NCBI GenBank assembly: GCA_951406725.2
Contig: OX597828.1
Coordinates: 73,842,001 to 73,906,000 of the forward strand
From: Octopus vulgaris
Lineage: Eukaryota
Direction: 5' to 3'
DNA: 64,000 nucleotides
The notes beneath the pieces are model-generated. The model did no database searches, was not told the origin of the DNA, and saw nothing but the letters and a program-made list of their open reading frames with translations. Position numbers and translations under genes: made by a program. Of this stretch, positions 37,681-52,722 are shown one piece after another; the stretch's first letter is position 1, and the number at the start of each line of letters is the position of its first letter.

Positions 37681-38008
37681 TGACGTATTTTTGCCATTTC
37701 AATATGGCTAACCCCTAAGGGTGGATGCTACTGTAGTTTTTAGCCCCAGGAGGACACACTCCTCCAGCTGGCCATAGACACACTTTCTGTGTCCTGTCAG
37801 TATTTGCAAAGGGAAGTCATCCTTCCCGTCTTCAACTTATGATACATACGGACTCGAGTTTCGAGGGTATTGACCTCTCGTCAGCGTGTGACAATCATAG
37901 TTGTCGCCGAGAATTAGATTTCCTTCACAAATACTTATACTTTTTCCAGCGTCCACTGTCGCTGATATTGAAAAAGTGAAATCAAACAATGATAAATATC
38001 AAGGTGAG
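37679..38008 (-). mobile_element. (TA)n-inserted element with a canonical hammerhead
   Basis: Minus 37889-37846 ACACG-CTGACGA-GAGG(TCAATAC)CCTC-GAAA-CTCGAG-TC-CGTAT; GUC triplet. Confidence 0.85.
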
Positions 38009-39228
38009 TTATATATATATATATATATATATATATGTTACCGTGCTAATTCCTTATATCTAGTCATGCTGTCTTCCTGTATTTTCTAAGAGACTTCCAT
38101 CCTCTAAAATCCTAGCTCTTTATCGCCCTTCACTTCTGTTACAGTCTCCGCTAGATTCCTGACATTTCCAATCAACGCAGAACCACGGTCCGAGTGTTAT
38201 TCCTGCTGCTAACTTCTACGAAACACCTTCCTTGGAGCAGTTACTCGTATTGTTTTAGCCATTACTTGCTCGTGATGTCAGTGGCATATAGAAGTAAGGG
38301 ATTTGGGTCACTTCTGCTCCTGACCATTCCTGAAGCAGGTGCCATTCTAGAAACAACGGTAGCAACATCCATGGCCACACCGTCTGAGACCTGTTAATGT
38401 TGTTGTTGTTGTTGTTGTTGTTGCTGCTGATGCTGCTACAACTACCATGCTTCGCTTTCTTTTCATCTTCTTCTGGGTAGATACCCATCGCGTGGCCTTC
38501 ACTATCACCCTTCTGGCAACTGACAGTTCCAACCCTCGCCACCAATAGGATTGACCAACAACTGCTTCCTCAATGCAGATATGTTTTGAAAAGCCTTGTG
38601 GTGTTGAGATTCATCGGAACCGCGATGAACATAAACATCCCACCCGACTAAATGTTTCTGCGGGTAACCACCCCGTTCATCACTTGCTAGTCTCGTTCCT
38701 CAAAGATAACGACAAACTAACCTCATTAACACCCTCTTTGGTTGTGACACCGCATATCGCTGTCCCTCGTATTGCGGCACCATTGATTGAGTACTCGTGT
38801 GACGCACCATTTCAGCTTTCTACTTTACAACTTTCTAACTTTTGAAACTCGCAGTGACTTAAGGATCTCTCGTTTCTGTCGGTTTTCTCAAATGTTGAAT
38901 AATAAGTATAATGTAGACTGGCTGGTGATGGGGGGGAGTTCGGGATGGTGGTGGCGCTGGTGGGTAGCGGTGGGGAGTGCAAGTGGTCGTAGCGGTGGTT
39001 GTGACAATGATTGTTGTTGTTGCTATTGGTGGTGGTAGTGATGGTGGTGGTGACGGCGGCGGTGGTGGTGATGGTAATGGTGGCGGTGGTGGTGGTGGTG
39101 GTGGTGGTGGTGGTGGAGGGATGGGGTGGTGGTGGTATGACGATAACGATAACGACGATGATGCTGATTAACTTTACATTTAATAGGAATTTCAATCACA
39201 ACATAAAGATGATGAAGAAGAAGAAGAA

Positions 39229-39316
<88 letters not shown>

Positions 39317-39556
39317 TTCGAAAGCACGAAAATGTCTAATTGAATTCAGATCTATATCAAAATGAAATGCAGCTGCCATTTTGAAAAGCTATCAACTACT
39401 TCGCTCCTTCTCTTTCTCCATCTCTCCCCCTCTCTCCCTCTCTCTCTCCCTTTCTCTCCATCATTTTCCACCTTAGTCCCTCATTCTTTCTCTTCCTCTC
39501 TCACATTCTTTCCTTCGTCCAACCTCTCCCACATAAAACAGCAAGATGGTGAAAGA

Positions 39557-39596
<40 letters not shown>

Positions 39597-41026
39597 CGAG
39601 AGAGACAGAGAGTAAGAAGATTGACGTGGTTAATGTAGCTATATTGAGTAATCCTCCATGAATATGATACTGAAATCTTAGATAAAATTCAATCCGTTAT
39701 CGTCAGGTTTATAATGAATAAATACAGCCATCTTCAACGTCAAAATGATTGGCTGGATTTGTACAAAACCCACTAGAAACATGTTTGTTATCTTCTGTAT
39801 TATGACCATCATCGTCACAAGAATGATATTTTGATTAAGTCTTTTGATATTTTAACACTTTACATTCCAAGATTAGGTCTTTTTATTTAAATATCATTTT
39901 ATTTTATGCACTTTCGTAACAGAGATAGTTATAAGTTTCCAAAGGGTGGCTCGGAGATTCTCTGGATTTCTTTATCGTATTTAATGAAGACAAAGCCTGT
40001 GCAATTCGGACAAAATGTTACAGGATCTTTTCCAACATTTTTGCATCTTCGCCGATATATATATCTTTTCCTACGGTATGTATATCGTAGATATACATAT
40101 CTACGATATGTGTATCCTTTCACACGGGCATATCTTTATGACGAGTTTGGATATTAATTCCCTTCTATTAATAATAATAATATTTTATTAAAAAATATAT
40201 GTATCTATCGCTCGTATTAAATATATAAATACTTTAATAGTGTTGATATTTTTATACAATGGAGCACTCAATATAAATTCAGTATATAATATTCTTATTG
40301 AATATATTACCTAAAGATTTATATCTTTTCCTAATGTAAAAACTATTTAGATACAAACATCAAAACATGGAGACAGAAATTATGGGTTCGAATCCTGCAG
40401 ATGGAGTTATAACTGATTGCCGCCTTCTTTTATATTAAACATAGCCAATACTCCACTCTGAATACTTGTTAGTTTATTCGTATTTAAACAGGTGGTCGTA
40501 CATTCAATTATTTAGCGTCTAAAATCACGAATGAATTTGTCTGCATACCGTTTAGCTTAATGGTAAAACACTCAGCTGGATTCTTCGAGGAATATAGGTT
40601 CGAGTCCCATGCCTGTCAGTTGACAATACTGACTTGTAGGTACCAGTTATTTTGTTATTCAACCATAATATACGATGAAGTATATTTTTATAAGTCAACA
40701 TCACGTTCTTCAGTGTTAGCAGAGCTTTTTACATTATTTTGTTATTTTACATTTTTATTTCTAAAGAAATTTATTGCCAACACTGATAAAGTTATTTGAC
40801 CAATTTTTCCACTTTGTAAGGGTAATTTACACAGTATTTCTACTGTTCTAACAGCAATTCTGCATTCGAAAATATATCTTCTAATTTTTATCGTTCTATA
40901 CACATTTCGACGCTCATAACAACAAATGTTAGTTTGTTCATATTTATTTATACATACGTACATACACACATACATACATACATACATACATACATACATA
41001 CATACATACATACATACATACATACA

Positions 41027-41108
<82 letters not shown>

Positions 41109-41387
41109 ATACATATATGTATATAATGCATAAATATATATATATATATATATATACATTCCACATAATCATCACACAGAGGAATCTAATACAGAATGTT
41201 CACGCTGATGAGATCCATAAGTTCCGATCGATGAAAATATTTCATAAAAAGATTATAAAACATAAAAATGATAAAACCACTTGACACCCTTTGGGTTACA
41301 GCCTTTTCGAAGTCTTGTTCATGTACTAATAGTTTCAATGTGAACGAAATCATGCTTACAGGTTTGCAATATTAGGCATGTTGCAAG

Positions 41388-41600
41388 AAGGCGAAATGAC
41401 AGAAACGTTGGCGCGCCGAGCAAAATGCTTGAGTTGTATTTCGCTTGTTTTTAGGTTCTGAGTTCAAATGCTGCCGGAGTCGACTTAGCCTTTCATCCTT
41501 TTGGAGTCGATAAATTAAGTACCAGAGAAACATTGGGGTCGATGTATATGACTAGGCCCCCTCCCACTAAATTTCAGGCCTTGTGCCTATAGTAGAAAGG

Positions 41601-41669
<69 letters not shown>

Positions 41670-41855
41670 AAGGCGGCGACCTGGCAGAATCGTTACCACG
41701 CTATGAACTGAGTTCAAATTCCACCGAGGTCAATTGTGCCTCTTATCCTTCCGGATCAGTAAATTAAATACCAGTAAAACACTGGGGTCGATGTAATCGA
41801 CTTATCCTCCACCCCACCCTAGAGTTTCGGGCCTTGTGCCTTTAGCAGAAAGGAT
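41388..41855 (+). mobile_element. Two tandem SINE family B copies separated by an (ATT)n tail
   Basis: GAGTTCAAAT...CCTTTCATCCTT...TAAGTACCAG...GGGGTCGATGTA...GGCCTTGTGCCT occurs twice. Confidence 0.82.
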
Positions 41856-42109
41856 TAATATACGTGTTCGGAATATTAAAATACAACTGTAAATTCACAA
41901 ACCAATGCAAACAAAGAAACCCAGCTGAGACTCGCCGGGGACTTGAACTCAGGATGTAAAGGAATGCAGCTAAATACCACAAATCGATTTCTCCGATGAT
42001 CTACTGATTTTAGCAATCCAGCATTAGGAACTCAAGTCGTTGTCTGACAAATGATTTATAAAGTAGTCTTATAATCAGTCTTACAATTCATCTTCGTTAG
42101 CCACTTATA

Positions 42110-43130
42110 ATGAAGATGATGATGATGATGATGATGGCGTGGTGGTGGTGGTGGTGGTGGTGGTGGTGGTGAAGATGAGGATGATGATCCTCATGATGAT
42201 GAGGAGTAGGAGGATGATGATGATGCTGACTGATGATGATGATGGTGACGATGATGATGATGATGATCATGATGGCGATGATGATGATCATGAGGATCAT
42301 GATGGTCTTGATGATGACTGATGGTGATGATGATCATGATGATCGTGATGATCAAGCTGACGATGACTGATGGTGATGATAGATGATGACCGCGAGAATG
42401 TTGACAATGACGACGATAATGAAACGAAAAAAACAAACAAATCAATTATCGATACGGATATCTGATGATTGATGAAGATAATATTAATTCTTACAACGTT
42501 GATTTGCTGCCGATGTTGATGACGATGGTAATGGTGATAATGGTGGTGTTTATGACCATGACTTACGATGAGGAAGAGTGTGAGGAGGGGGCTGGGAAAT
42601 AAAAGGACGGTGGTTGCGTTCATGATGATGATGATGATGACAGTGTAAATAACGATAACGCGACGATGACTATCGATGATAGTAGTGATAGTGATGATGA
42701 AGTCGGCGATGATGATGATGGTGATGATGATGAGGAAGAGGAGGGAAGGGGGAGAGGAGGTGTAAGCTCGTGAAGATGATGATGGTGACGACTGTGATGA
42801 TAATGATCACGAGAGAAGAAGTAAGGTTTACAAGCGAACTAGGGTGACGAAACTATTGCGCGTTGGACGTGGCAGAGATGACGGAGATGGTTCTGGTATT
42901 CTTGATGATGATGATGATGATGATGATGACGATGATGATGATGATGATGACGATGATGATGATGATGATGACGATGATGATGATGACGATAATGTTGATG
43001 ATGATGATGACGACGATGATGATATAAACGATAATGGTGATGTAAATGATGGTAATGATAATGATGTTGACGACGACGACGATGAGGATGATGACGATGA
43101 TAATGATAATGATGGTGACGACGATGGTTT
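42110..43130. repeat. Long degenerate (GAT/GGT/GAC)n tract
   Basis: Read directly from the sequence. Confidence 0.9.
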
Positions 43131-43962
43131 CTGCTGGTAACGCATTCGCCATGCACTGCTGGCGCTGTGTGTATGGCTGCTTAGACAAATGGATGGCGGT
43201 GAGTCTGCAGGGATTGCGCCTCTCTAAGTGTTTCGACTCAATCAAAGCTCCATCAGTTGGCTTCACCTGTGAAACATGTTGACACAATTAATAACGGATT
43301 TCCAGTGGGAAATTCATTGATCAATCCATTCTTATCGATCGATCTTGACAACAACAACAACAACAACAACATCAACAGCAGCAGCAGGAGCAGGAGCAGC
43401 GGCAGCAAGGACCAACGAGCGGTCTTGTATGCCGTTCAGTTTAGATATCAGAAATAGCAGCCAAACCTTCCTCATGCCGCATCGTATTTCTTCTCTTCCA
43501 AATTCCAAAAAACAAAGAGGATGAAATACACACTTCATTGGATTTTCTCAAACAGTTCCTCTTCAACACAGTTGACCTAGGGTTGAACAACCACAACAAC
43601 AACACCAACAACAACGGCAATAGTGACAGTAACAGAAGCGATACTACATTACACCTGGAAAGCAAAAGATGTGATTGCCATGGTTACTGTATCTTTCATC
43701 TTAGGTTTGTTCCATCAGGTTTGATCAAGGACTAAATGCAACAAAAGCAACCGTATATACATACACGTATGTATATATATATATATGTATATATTTTTTC
43801 TGTGTGTGTTTGTGTGTGTGTGTGTGTGTGTGTTTGTGTGTATGTGTAAGGGAAAATGTGGTAAACGCTAAATGCAGTTTATATTGAATCCTACTGTAGA
43901 AAGTGTACATGTAGACGTGCACACAGGAAATGGTTTATGTATGTTTATATATATATATGTAT

Positions 43963-43999
<37 letters not shown>

Positions 44000-44516
44000 T
44001 ACACACATACATACACACATATACACACACACGCACACATATAGTAACAGAAAGGGAGGAATTTCGATTATCTTCACGTGGTGAGTTGTAATACATATAA
44101 GAAATTAAAGAAGGAAACTGCACACACTTTACATAGTTTTAATATATTTTTTATTTATCTTATATTGTGCTTGTCGACCGGTTTCGATTTCGCTAATCAT
44201 GATATTAAAAGTATTTTAATTATGTATTTTCTCAAGAAAAATTTATTTTGTCCATGTTGTGTGTGGAATTTATAAATAAGTGATTCAACAAGTAGAAAAA
44301 TATAAGGGAAGGTAACTGGTGATCGTTATTATTGTTGACAGGGAAGATAATTGTTCATCTTTCAGTGGGGAGGAAAAATATATATACACAAAAAATTCAA
44401 AAGCTAGAATAGTGGGGGAAATATGTAGTGATGCGTATGTAATCGTGAAACAAAATACGTATAGAGATCAAAGTTGGTTATGCGTGCATATTTAGACCTG
44501 TTCTGTATTTTTCGAC

Positions 44517-44925
44517 AGGCGGCGAGGTCGCAGAGTTGTTAACACGCCGGGCGAAATGCCGCTACGTTCTGAGTTTAAATTCCGCGGAGATCGACTTTGC
44601 CTTTCATCCTTTCGGGATCGATTAAATAAGTACCAGTTACGCACTGGGGTCGATTAAATAAGTACCAGTTACGCACTGTGATCGATATAATCGACTTAAT
44701 CCGTGTGCCTGTCCTTGTTTGTTCCCTGTGTTTAGCCCCTTGTGGGTAGTAAAGAAATAGGTATTTCGTCAACCGTTACATTCTGAATTTAAATTCATAC
44801 GAGGTCGACTTTGACTTTCATCCTTTCGGGGTCGATAAATTAAGTACCAGTTGTGTGCTGGGGTCAATGTAATCGATTGCCCCCCTTCCAAAAAAACATT
44901 CGAGCCTAGCGCAGAGAGTAGAAAA
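44517..44925 (+). mobile_element. Dimeric SINE family B
   Basis: Two GTCGACTTTG.CTTTCATCCTTTCGGG modules; same layout inverted at 57896-58240. Confidence 0.82.
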
Positions 44926-45708
44926 GTATACATATAGAGAGATAGTAGTGGTACAACAAAGCACCAATGCTTACTGGGAATAGCAGTCGATACATTTACG
45001 ACGCTATGGTAAAGCTTCAATGTGTATATATGAAATTGTATGGTCTAGTGGTTAGGATGTTGGGCTCATGACCTAGACCCGGCGGTGCGTTGTGTTCTTG
45101 AGCAAAACAATTAATCTCACGTTGCACTGCACCTGTTCAGACTCCGTCGACTTGAGAGAGGGAGGGAGATAATGTACGGGACATTCATTTGATCAGTATG
45201 AACCAATCATATGTGCAGGTTGTTCGGTAAAGGGTGAACGCTCATACATCGTCTGCGGCGGGAAACTCCATCGCACACACACACACACACACACAGGGAT
45301 TACAGTATAAGAAATTTCACTGGTTTAATCACCAACACTGTTGACGAATATCTCTCTAATATATATGGGATTATTATAAGTATAAATATGATTAAAGAAG
45401 AAAAATGGAGAGTTGGTATGGATATAAAATTAATTTAGTAACATACTGCCAAAATAAAGCCTACGTGCGTTTCAATTCGATCCAATATATATAATAAAGA
45501 CATACGTATATACATTATTGGTCGTCACTAAAGTGATTGATGCTGCCATTCAACAAAAGAGTCTCTTAGAAGATAACTCTTAGCCACGTGCGAGCACTTT
45601 TCACTCTTATTTCTAGCAACGCTGGTGCTGAATAGCACACTCAGTCAATGTTGTGACGATTTGCACTTGTTGCCTTTCAGTTGTAAATTGTGAATAGCCA
45701 ACTTAATA

Positions 45709-46057
45709 TTATATATATAATACTATATACTGTCTGTGTGTGTGTGTTTAGGGTTACTCGAAATCCTCCCACACCGTCCAACCGCTTTTAATGATTTTTG
45801 GCACATAGGTAGATCACATGCCCTGTGATTTTTCGAAAACTTGATAATGGTCAGTTGGCATCGACTTTTGTGAGTTCAATCGGGCGTTTGAATGCAAATT
45901 CCCATAACGATGTTCTTTTTCCTGCAGCTTTTTCATTTTTTCACGTGTAAAAATTTCACTAACACCAAAAGAATAATCTCTAAGGATATACTTATTCAAT
46001 ACAAGGTCAGACGTGGAAAACACGAAAAACACGAGCAATGCTGGGTCAAACAGCTAG
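45709..46057 (+). mobile_element. Non-autonomous Helitron
   Basis: 5' TATATATAAT...CTGTCTGTGTG; 3' imperfect hairpin CACGAGCAATGCTGGG followed by CAGCTAG|T. Confidence 0.7.
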
Positions 46058-46123
<66 letters not shown>

Positions 46124-46148
46124 TATGAGTATGTGAGAGTGAGTGTAT

Positions 46149-48048
<1,900 letters not shown>

Positions 48049-48408
48049 TAAAGAGGACAGCAAAATGGAATATTAGAATGGTACATATTAATGTTATTCT
48101 AATCATACCATTCTAATTTTCCTTATTATTTCTCTATTTGTCTCTGATAAAGGAATATTTCATTCTCAGGGATATCCCGGAAACAGCTGTAAGACTGAAT
48201 TTTTTCCAATAATAATATTGTATACGACTTGAGATATTTGCCTTAATCTTTGTTGTCCTCTTTTTAACAATTATATACCCGCTACATCAGAAATCTGCAA
48301 TGGCTCCATAACCATTGTTCTGGACTATATCCTTGGAGCCCTAGTAATCCGATACAGTACTTACCTAGCGTAACTAATCGTGTAGATCGCCTGTGAACGA
48401 AACCCCCA

Positions 48409-48412
<4 letters not shown>
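48049..48412 (+). mobile_element. (TA)n-associated element with a hammerhead (G8>A)
   Basis: 48140-48195 GTCT-CTGATAA-AGGAATAT...ATATCCCG-GAAA-CAGCTG-TA-AGAC. Short 5' inverted pieces. Confidence 0.72.
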
Positions 48413-48465
<53 letters not shown>

Positions 48466-48470
<5 letters not shown>

Positions 48471-48696
48471 AAACAAGTCAAAAATAGAAAATGCTAAGAT
48501 AATTTTACAGTGAATCTTTCAGTACCGGTTTCGGTCATTTTGAGACCTTTTCAACTGTAACGATTAAATAATTAAATTTAGAAAAATTAGAAGAAAAGCT
48601 TTTTTAAAAGAATATTTCTGTAGTAGTGTTCAGATATAAGTAGCATTCTGCCTTTCTCTGACTCCCTTGTTTGCACTTGTGTGTTCGAGGTCGTTT

Positions 48697-48698
<2 letters not shown>
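48466..48698 (-). mobile_element. (TA)n-inserted element with a hammerhead-like variant
   Basis: Minus 48557-48520 CAG-TTGAAAA-GGTC(TCAAAAT)GACC-GAAA-CCGG-TA-CTG. Confidence 0.65.
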
Positions 48699-48751
<53 letters not shown>

Positions 48752-48754
<3 letters not shown>

Positions 48755-48985
48755 TAATATTAGGGAATAAATCCAAACTTACAGGGAAAAATTAGATTTA
48801 GGATTAAATCCAATTTTCTAGTATAAATATATTATTATATTATACTATATTAAATCAGAGATAAAATCACTATTAGGCAAATCAAACAGTGAAAAACATA
48901 AGCCAATACATAAAATTAATTTTAAAATATAAAAGTTAAAAATTAAAAAAATATTTAAATAATTTAAAATTATAAATTTTAAATA
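48752..48985 (-). mobile_element. Solo terminal fragment of the PLE family at 1458-9083
   Basis: AATATTAGGGAATAAATCCAAACTTACAGGGAAAAA.TAGATTTAGGATTAAATCCAATTTT matches 1461-1523. Confidence 0.82.
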
Positions 48986-49021
48986 TATATATACAAATGT
49001 ATATATATATGTATGTATGTA

Positions 49022-49068
49022 TATTGTTGTATTTAGGAATGGTCATTTTGCCAGTTTAGCCAATAAAC
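49022..49068 (-). mobile_element. 46-bp terminal fragment of the second PLE family
   Basis: TTGTTGTATTTAGGAATGGTCATTTTGCCAGTTTAGCCAATAAA matches 46248-46291. Confidence 0.75.
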
Positions 49069-49135
49069 GTATGTATGTATATTTTTATATTTATATATTA
49101 TTTTATTTATTTATTTTTCTTTTTTTTATAAATAT

Positions 49136-49172
<37 letters not shown>

Positions 49173-49173
<1 letters not shown>

Positions 49174-49615
49174 AAGGCACATGGCTTAGTAGTTATGGGT
49201 ATTCAGCTCACGTTCATAAGGTCGTGCGCGTTGTGTCCTTCACCAAGACAGTTTCTTTCACGTTGTTCCAGGTCTCTCAGCTAACAAAAACGAGTAGTAC
49301 CTGTAATTCAAAGGGGCCGGCCTTGTCGCACTCTGTGTCCCACAGAATCTCTCTGAAAGCTAGGCTTGGTGGCAGGCAATGAATACATGAACGCTACACG
49401 ACATACAGACAGTGAGGAAAAAAGATATAGAGATACAGTAAGGGGCATTTCATTTGGCTTTACTTTTCGAAGTTCAAATTCCACCGGGGTCAATTTTGAC
49501 TTTCGTCCCTTCGGAGTCGATAAAATCTGCACCAGTTAAGCACTGGGGTCGCTATGATTGTCTAGACCCCTTCCTCCAATATTTTAGGCCCTATACCTAT
49601 CATAAAGAGGATCAT
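49173..49615 (+). mobile_element. SINE family C fragment followed by a SINE family B fragment
   Basis: GGCACATGGCTTAGTAGTTA head and family C body; AGTTCAAATTCCACCGGGGTC...GGAGTCGATAAA...CACTGGGGTCG. Confidence 0.7.
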
Positions 49616-49785
49616 TATTGTTGAAGTGACAGAGCAGTACACGGCATCGGAGAGACGCTGGGCTACAAATATATGAAGCTTATGTACCTACGATAATTAC
49701 ACTTCTCCCAAGGGTACACCAGGTATATCCATCATAATCAGATATACGCAACATGGTGATCTCATATCAAGATAAGCAGCGCATC

Positions 49786-49886
49786 ACCTTGCAGTTCCAA
49801 GTAAGACCGACTTTTGCAACACAGATGGGTTTTTTTCGGATTGGGTGGTATTGAACCCAGTACTCCGATGACAATAGGATAACCTT
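49786..49886 (-). pseudogene. C-terminal fragment of an R4/Dong-type (restriction-like endonuclease) LINE
   Basis: PIVIGVLGSIP and, in another frame, LQKSVLLGTAR. Abuts an (ATT)n tract. Confidence 0.65.
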
Positions 49887-49888
49887 TG

Positions 49889-50450
<562 letters not shown>

Positions 50451-51295
50451 TTATATAATCATTTTTATTGTGAAATGTCGCGTATTTATGTGGATGTTTT
50501 ACTAATTGACTTTTGATTATGCAGAAATATTTTAGAGTTCGTTTCGTGCAGTTATTGTGTTTGTCTACACTTGACAATGTCTACACGAAGGCGAATTATT
50601 TTGTAACCTAACTACATTGTTCAAATATTACCCAAGACATTATCAGCCCATCTTCCATTTGGGGATACATTCGAGTCTTTAGCATCGATCGATCGATCGC
50701 AATCATTCGCCATTTTGAACGACAAGAGATGACAGGCATTTGTAGATTCGCCCATGATGATATCGACGGATATAGAGCTGCTGCTGACGATGATGATGAC
50801 GACGCCGAAGACAGCAGCAGTAGCGGCGGTGTTGGTTGTGGTGGTGGTGGTGTGGGTGGTGGTAGTGGTGTGGGTGGTGGTAGTTGTGGTGGTTGTGGTG
50901 GTGGTGGTCGTGGTGGTGGTCGTGGTGGTCGTGGTGGTGTACATGATGAAGTCGTATACTTTGGCAGAAAGCTATAACCGTAAAGAGGTGTTAGAACTAA
51001 TTGAATATATGACTCGAACAGGTGATTACAGTACGGACAATGTAATGGCCGCCAGCCAAGTGAACTCAAAAGAGACATAAAATGACAACATTCACTTACC
51101 AACGATTCAGCAACCGGTGAGTATTTAATCCGACATTCTGCCAGTAGACCAACTCGGCGGCCATCTTTTCTCTTATGCTAAATATTATTATTGAAATTAA
51201 GCAATGACGATGTGGGGCCGACCACGTGAGAGAATTGGCCGACCACAACAGGCAGAATATTATTCTCTCGCTTTATTCTCTACCTCCCACTTCTT

Positions 51296-51357
<62 letters not shown>

Positions 51358-51633
51358 CATATATGTATGTATGTGTGAGAGAGAATAGATTTCTGCGCGC
51401 GCGTGTGTGCGTGTGTGTGTGTGTACACATACTAAAAGTTGTAAATTAACGTTGAAGATTTTAGATATAAATTATACAAGGCGTTTACAGACAGAAGACA
51501 GTGTTGCCTCTTCTATAGTATTAAAAGTATTAAGTGTACGTATGTTATATACGTGTGAGTGTGTGTGCGTGTGTGCATGTGTAAATGTGTATATGTCTAT
51601 GTGGATGTTTATATGTGTGTATATATATATATA

Positions 51634-52308
51634 TAGGGGTTGGACAAAATAATGGAAACACCTAGCATCATAGCACCATAATTTTGAAATATATCTATAA
51701 AACCGTCAAAAGCGTGTTTATTTTTATGTTTTTTTATTTATTATTAGTGTTGCTTAATATGTTTTGCTAAAATTGCTGTTTCTTTTCAGAGATCATCAAA
51801 AAAAGGGAATTAAAATTCATTAAAATGACAGATCTATCGGACTTTCAAAGAGGTCAAATTGTTGGTGCTCATATGGCAAGCGCTAGCGTAATTAAAACAG
51901 CCGAAATGTTTGGTGCATCAAGAAGTACTGTCTCGAAAGTAATGAGAGCCTTTGAGAAAGAGAGAAAAACCTCCTCGTCGATACGAAAGTTCGGAAGAAA
52001 ACCAAGACATTCACATAGAGATTGTCGGACTCGTACACGAATTGTTAGAAATGATCACAAAGATACAGCTCCCAAAATTAGTGCAGAGCTTAATGACCAC
52101 CTCGAGAACCCTGTTTCCATAAAAACTGTTCGCGGGGAGCTACACAAAGCCAGATTTCACGGGTGGGCTGCAATCAGAAAACAATTACTTTCAAAAACAA
52201 ATGTTTCAAAACATTTAGAGTGGAGTAAAAACCTACAGAATTGGTCCCTAGAGCAGTGGTAGAATGTTATTTTCACGGACGACTCATCCTTTACCTTATT
52301 TCCGACCA
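51634..52308 (+). mobile_element. Truncated Tc1-like DNA transposon (left TIR and transposase 5' half)
   Basis: TA then AGGGGTTGGACAAAATAATGGAAACACC TIR; ORF follows. Confidence 0.88.
51825..52308 (+). pseudogene. Tc1 transposase N-terminal HTH region to the first catalytic Asp
   Basis: DLSDFQRGQIVGA...SRSTVSKV...GRKP...VSIKTVRGELHKA...W*NVIFTDDSSF (the WxxVxFSDES motif with a nonsense codon). Confidence 0.9.
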
Positions 52309-52498
52309 GAATCCTTATCCAGAATCTTTATCTGGTACCGAATCGATTCCAAAATCTAATCAGTTCGTGCCAGTCACGAGGCGAAATATCCCTGAAAGAT
52401 ACATCCGAATCTATCCGGCGGTTCTTGAGATACCTTGTCCACGGACAAACAAAGGCGACTGAAAACAATACCTCCGCCTTCACTAAGGCGGAGGTAAT
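52309..52498. mobile_element. Helentron/HINE-like terminal fragment
   Basis: CCAAAATCTAATCAGTTC...GAAAACAATACCTCCGCC-TTCACTAA-GGCGGAGGTAAT terminal hairpin. Confidence 0.65.
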
Positions 52499-52544
52499 GA
52501 TAATAATTATCAGTATTATAACAATCATTGAGACAAGACTAATA

Positions 52545-52722
52545 TGGAGGAGAGGTAAGTCGATTACGTGGCCCTAATGCTAAAATAGGGTTTATTTCAT
52601 TGATCCCGAAAGAATGAAAGGCAAATTCGGCTTCAGAGGAATTTGAACTCGGAGCGTAAAAACGGACAAAATGCTTAGTGACACTTTGTCCGGTGTGCTA
52701 ACGAATCTGCTAACTCACTGCC
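52545..52722 (-). mobile_element. SINE family B (diverged)
   Basis: GATCCCGAAAGAATGAAAGGCAAA...GGAATTTGAACTC...GCTAACGA. Confidence 0.7.

Noticed and set aside
39929-40123. RRCKN...FCPNC peptide resembling a piggyBac Cys-rich tail, plus a 13-bp palindrome at 40082-40109
   Set aside because: Too few cysteines are conserved and there is no transposase core nearby.
40546-40620. tRNA-like sequence with A and B boxes
   Set aside because: Acceptor and anticodon stems do not pair, so it is at most a decayed SINE head rather than a tRNA gene.
44172-44205. Half hammerhead on the minus strand (stem II-GAAA-CCGG-TC)
   Set aside because: The CUGANGA box is absent.
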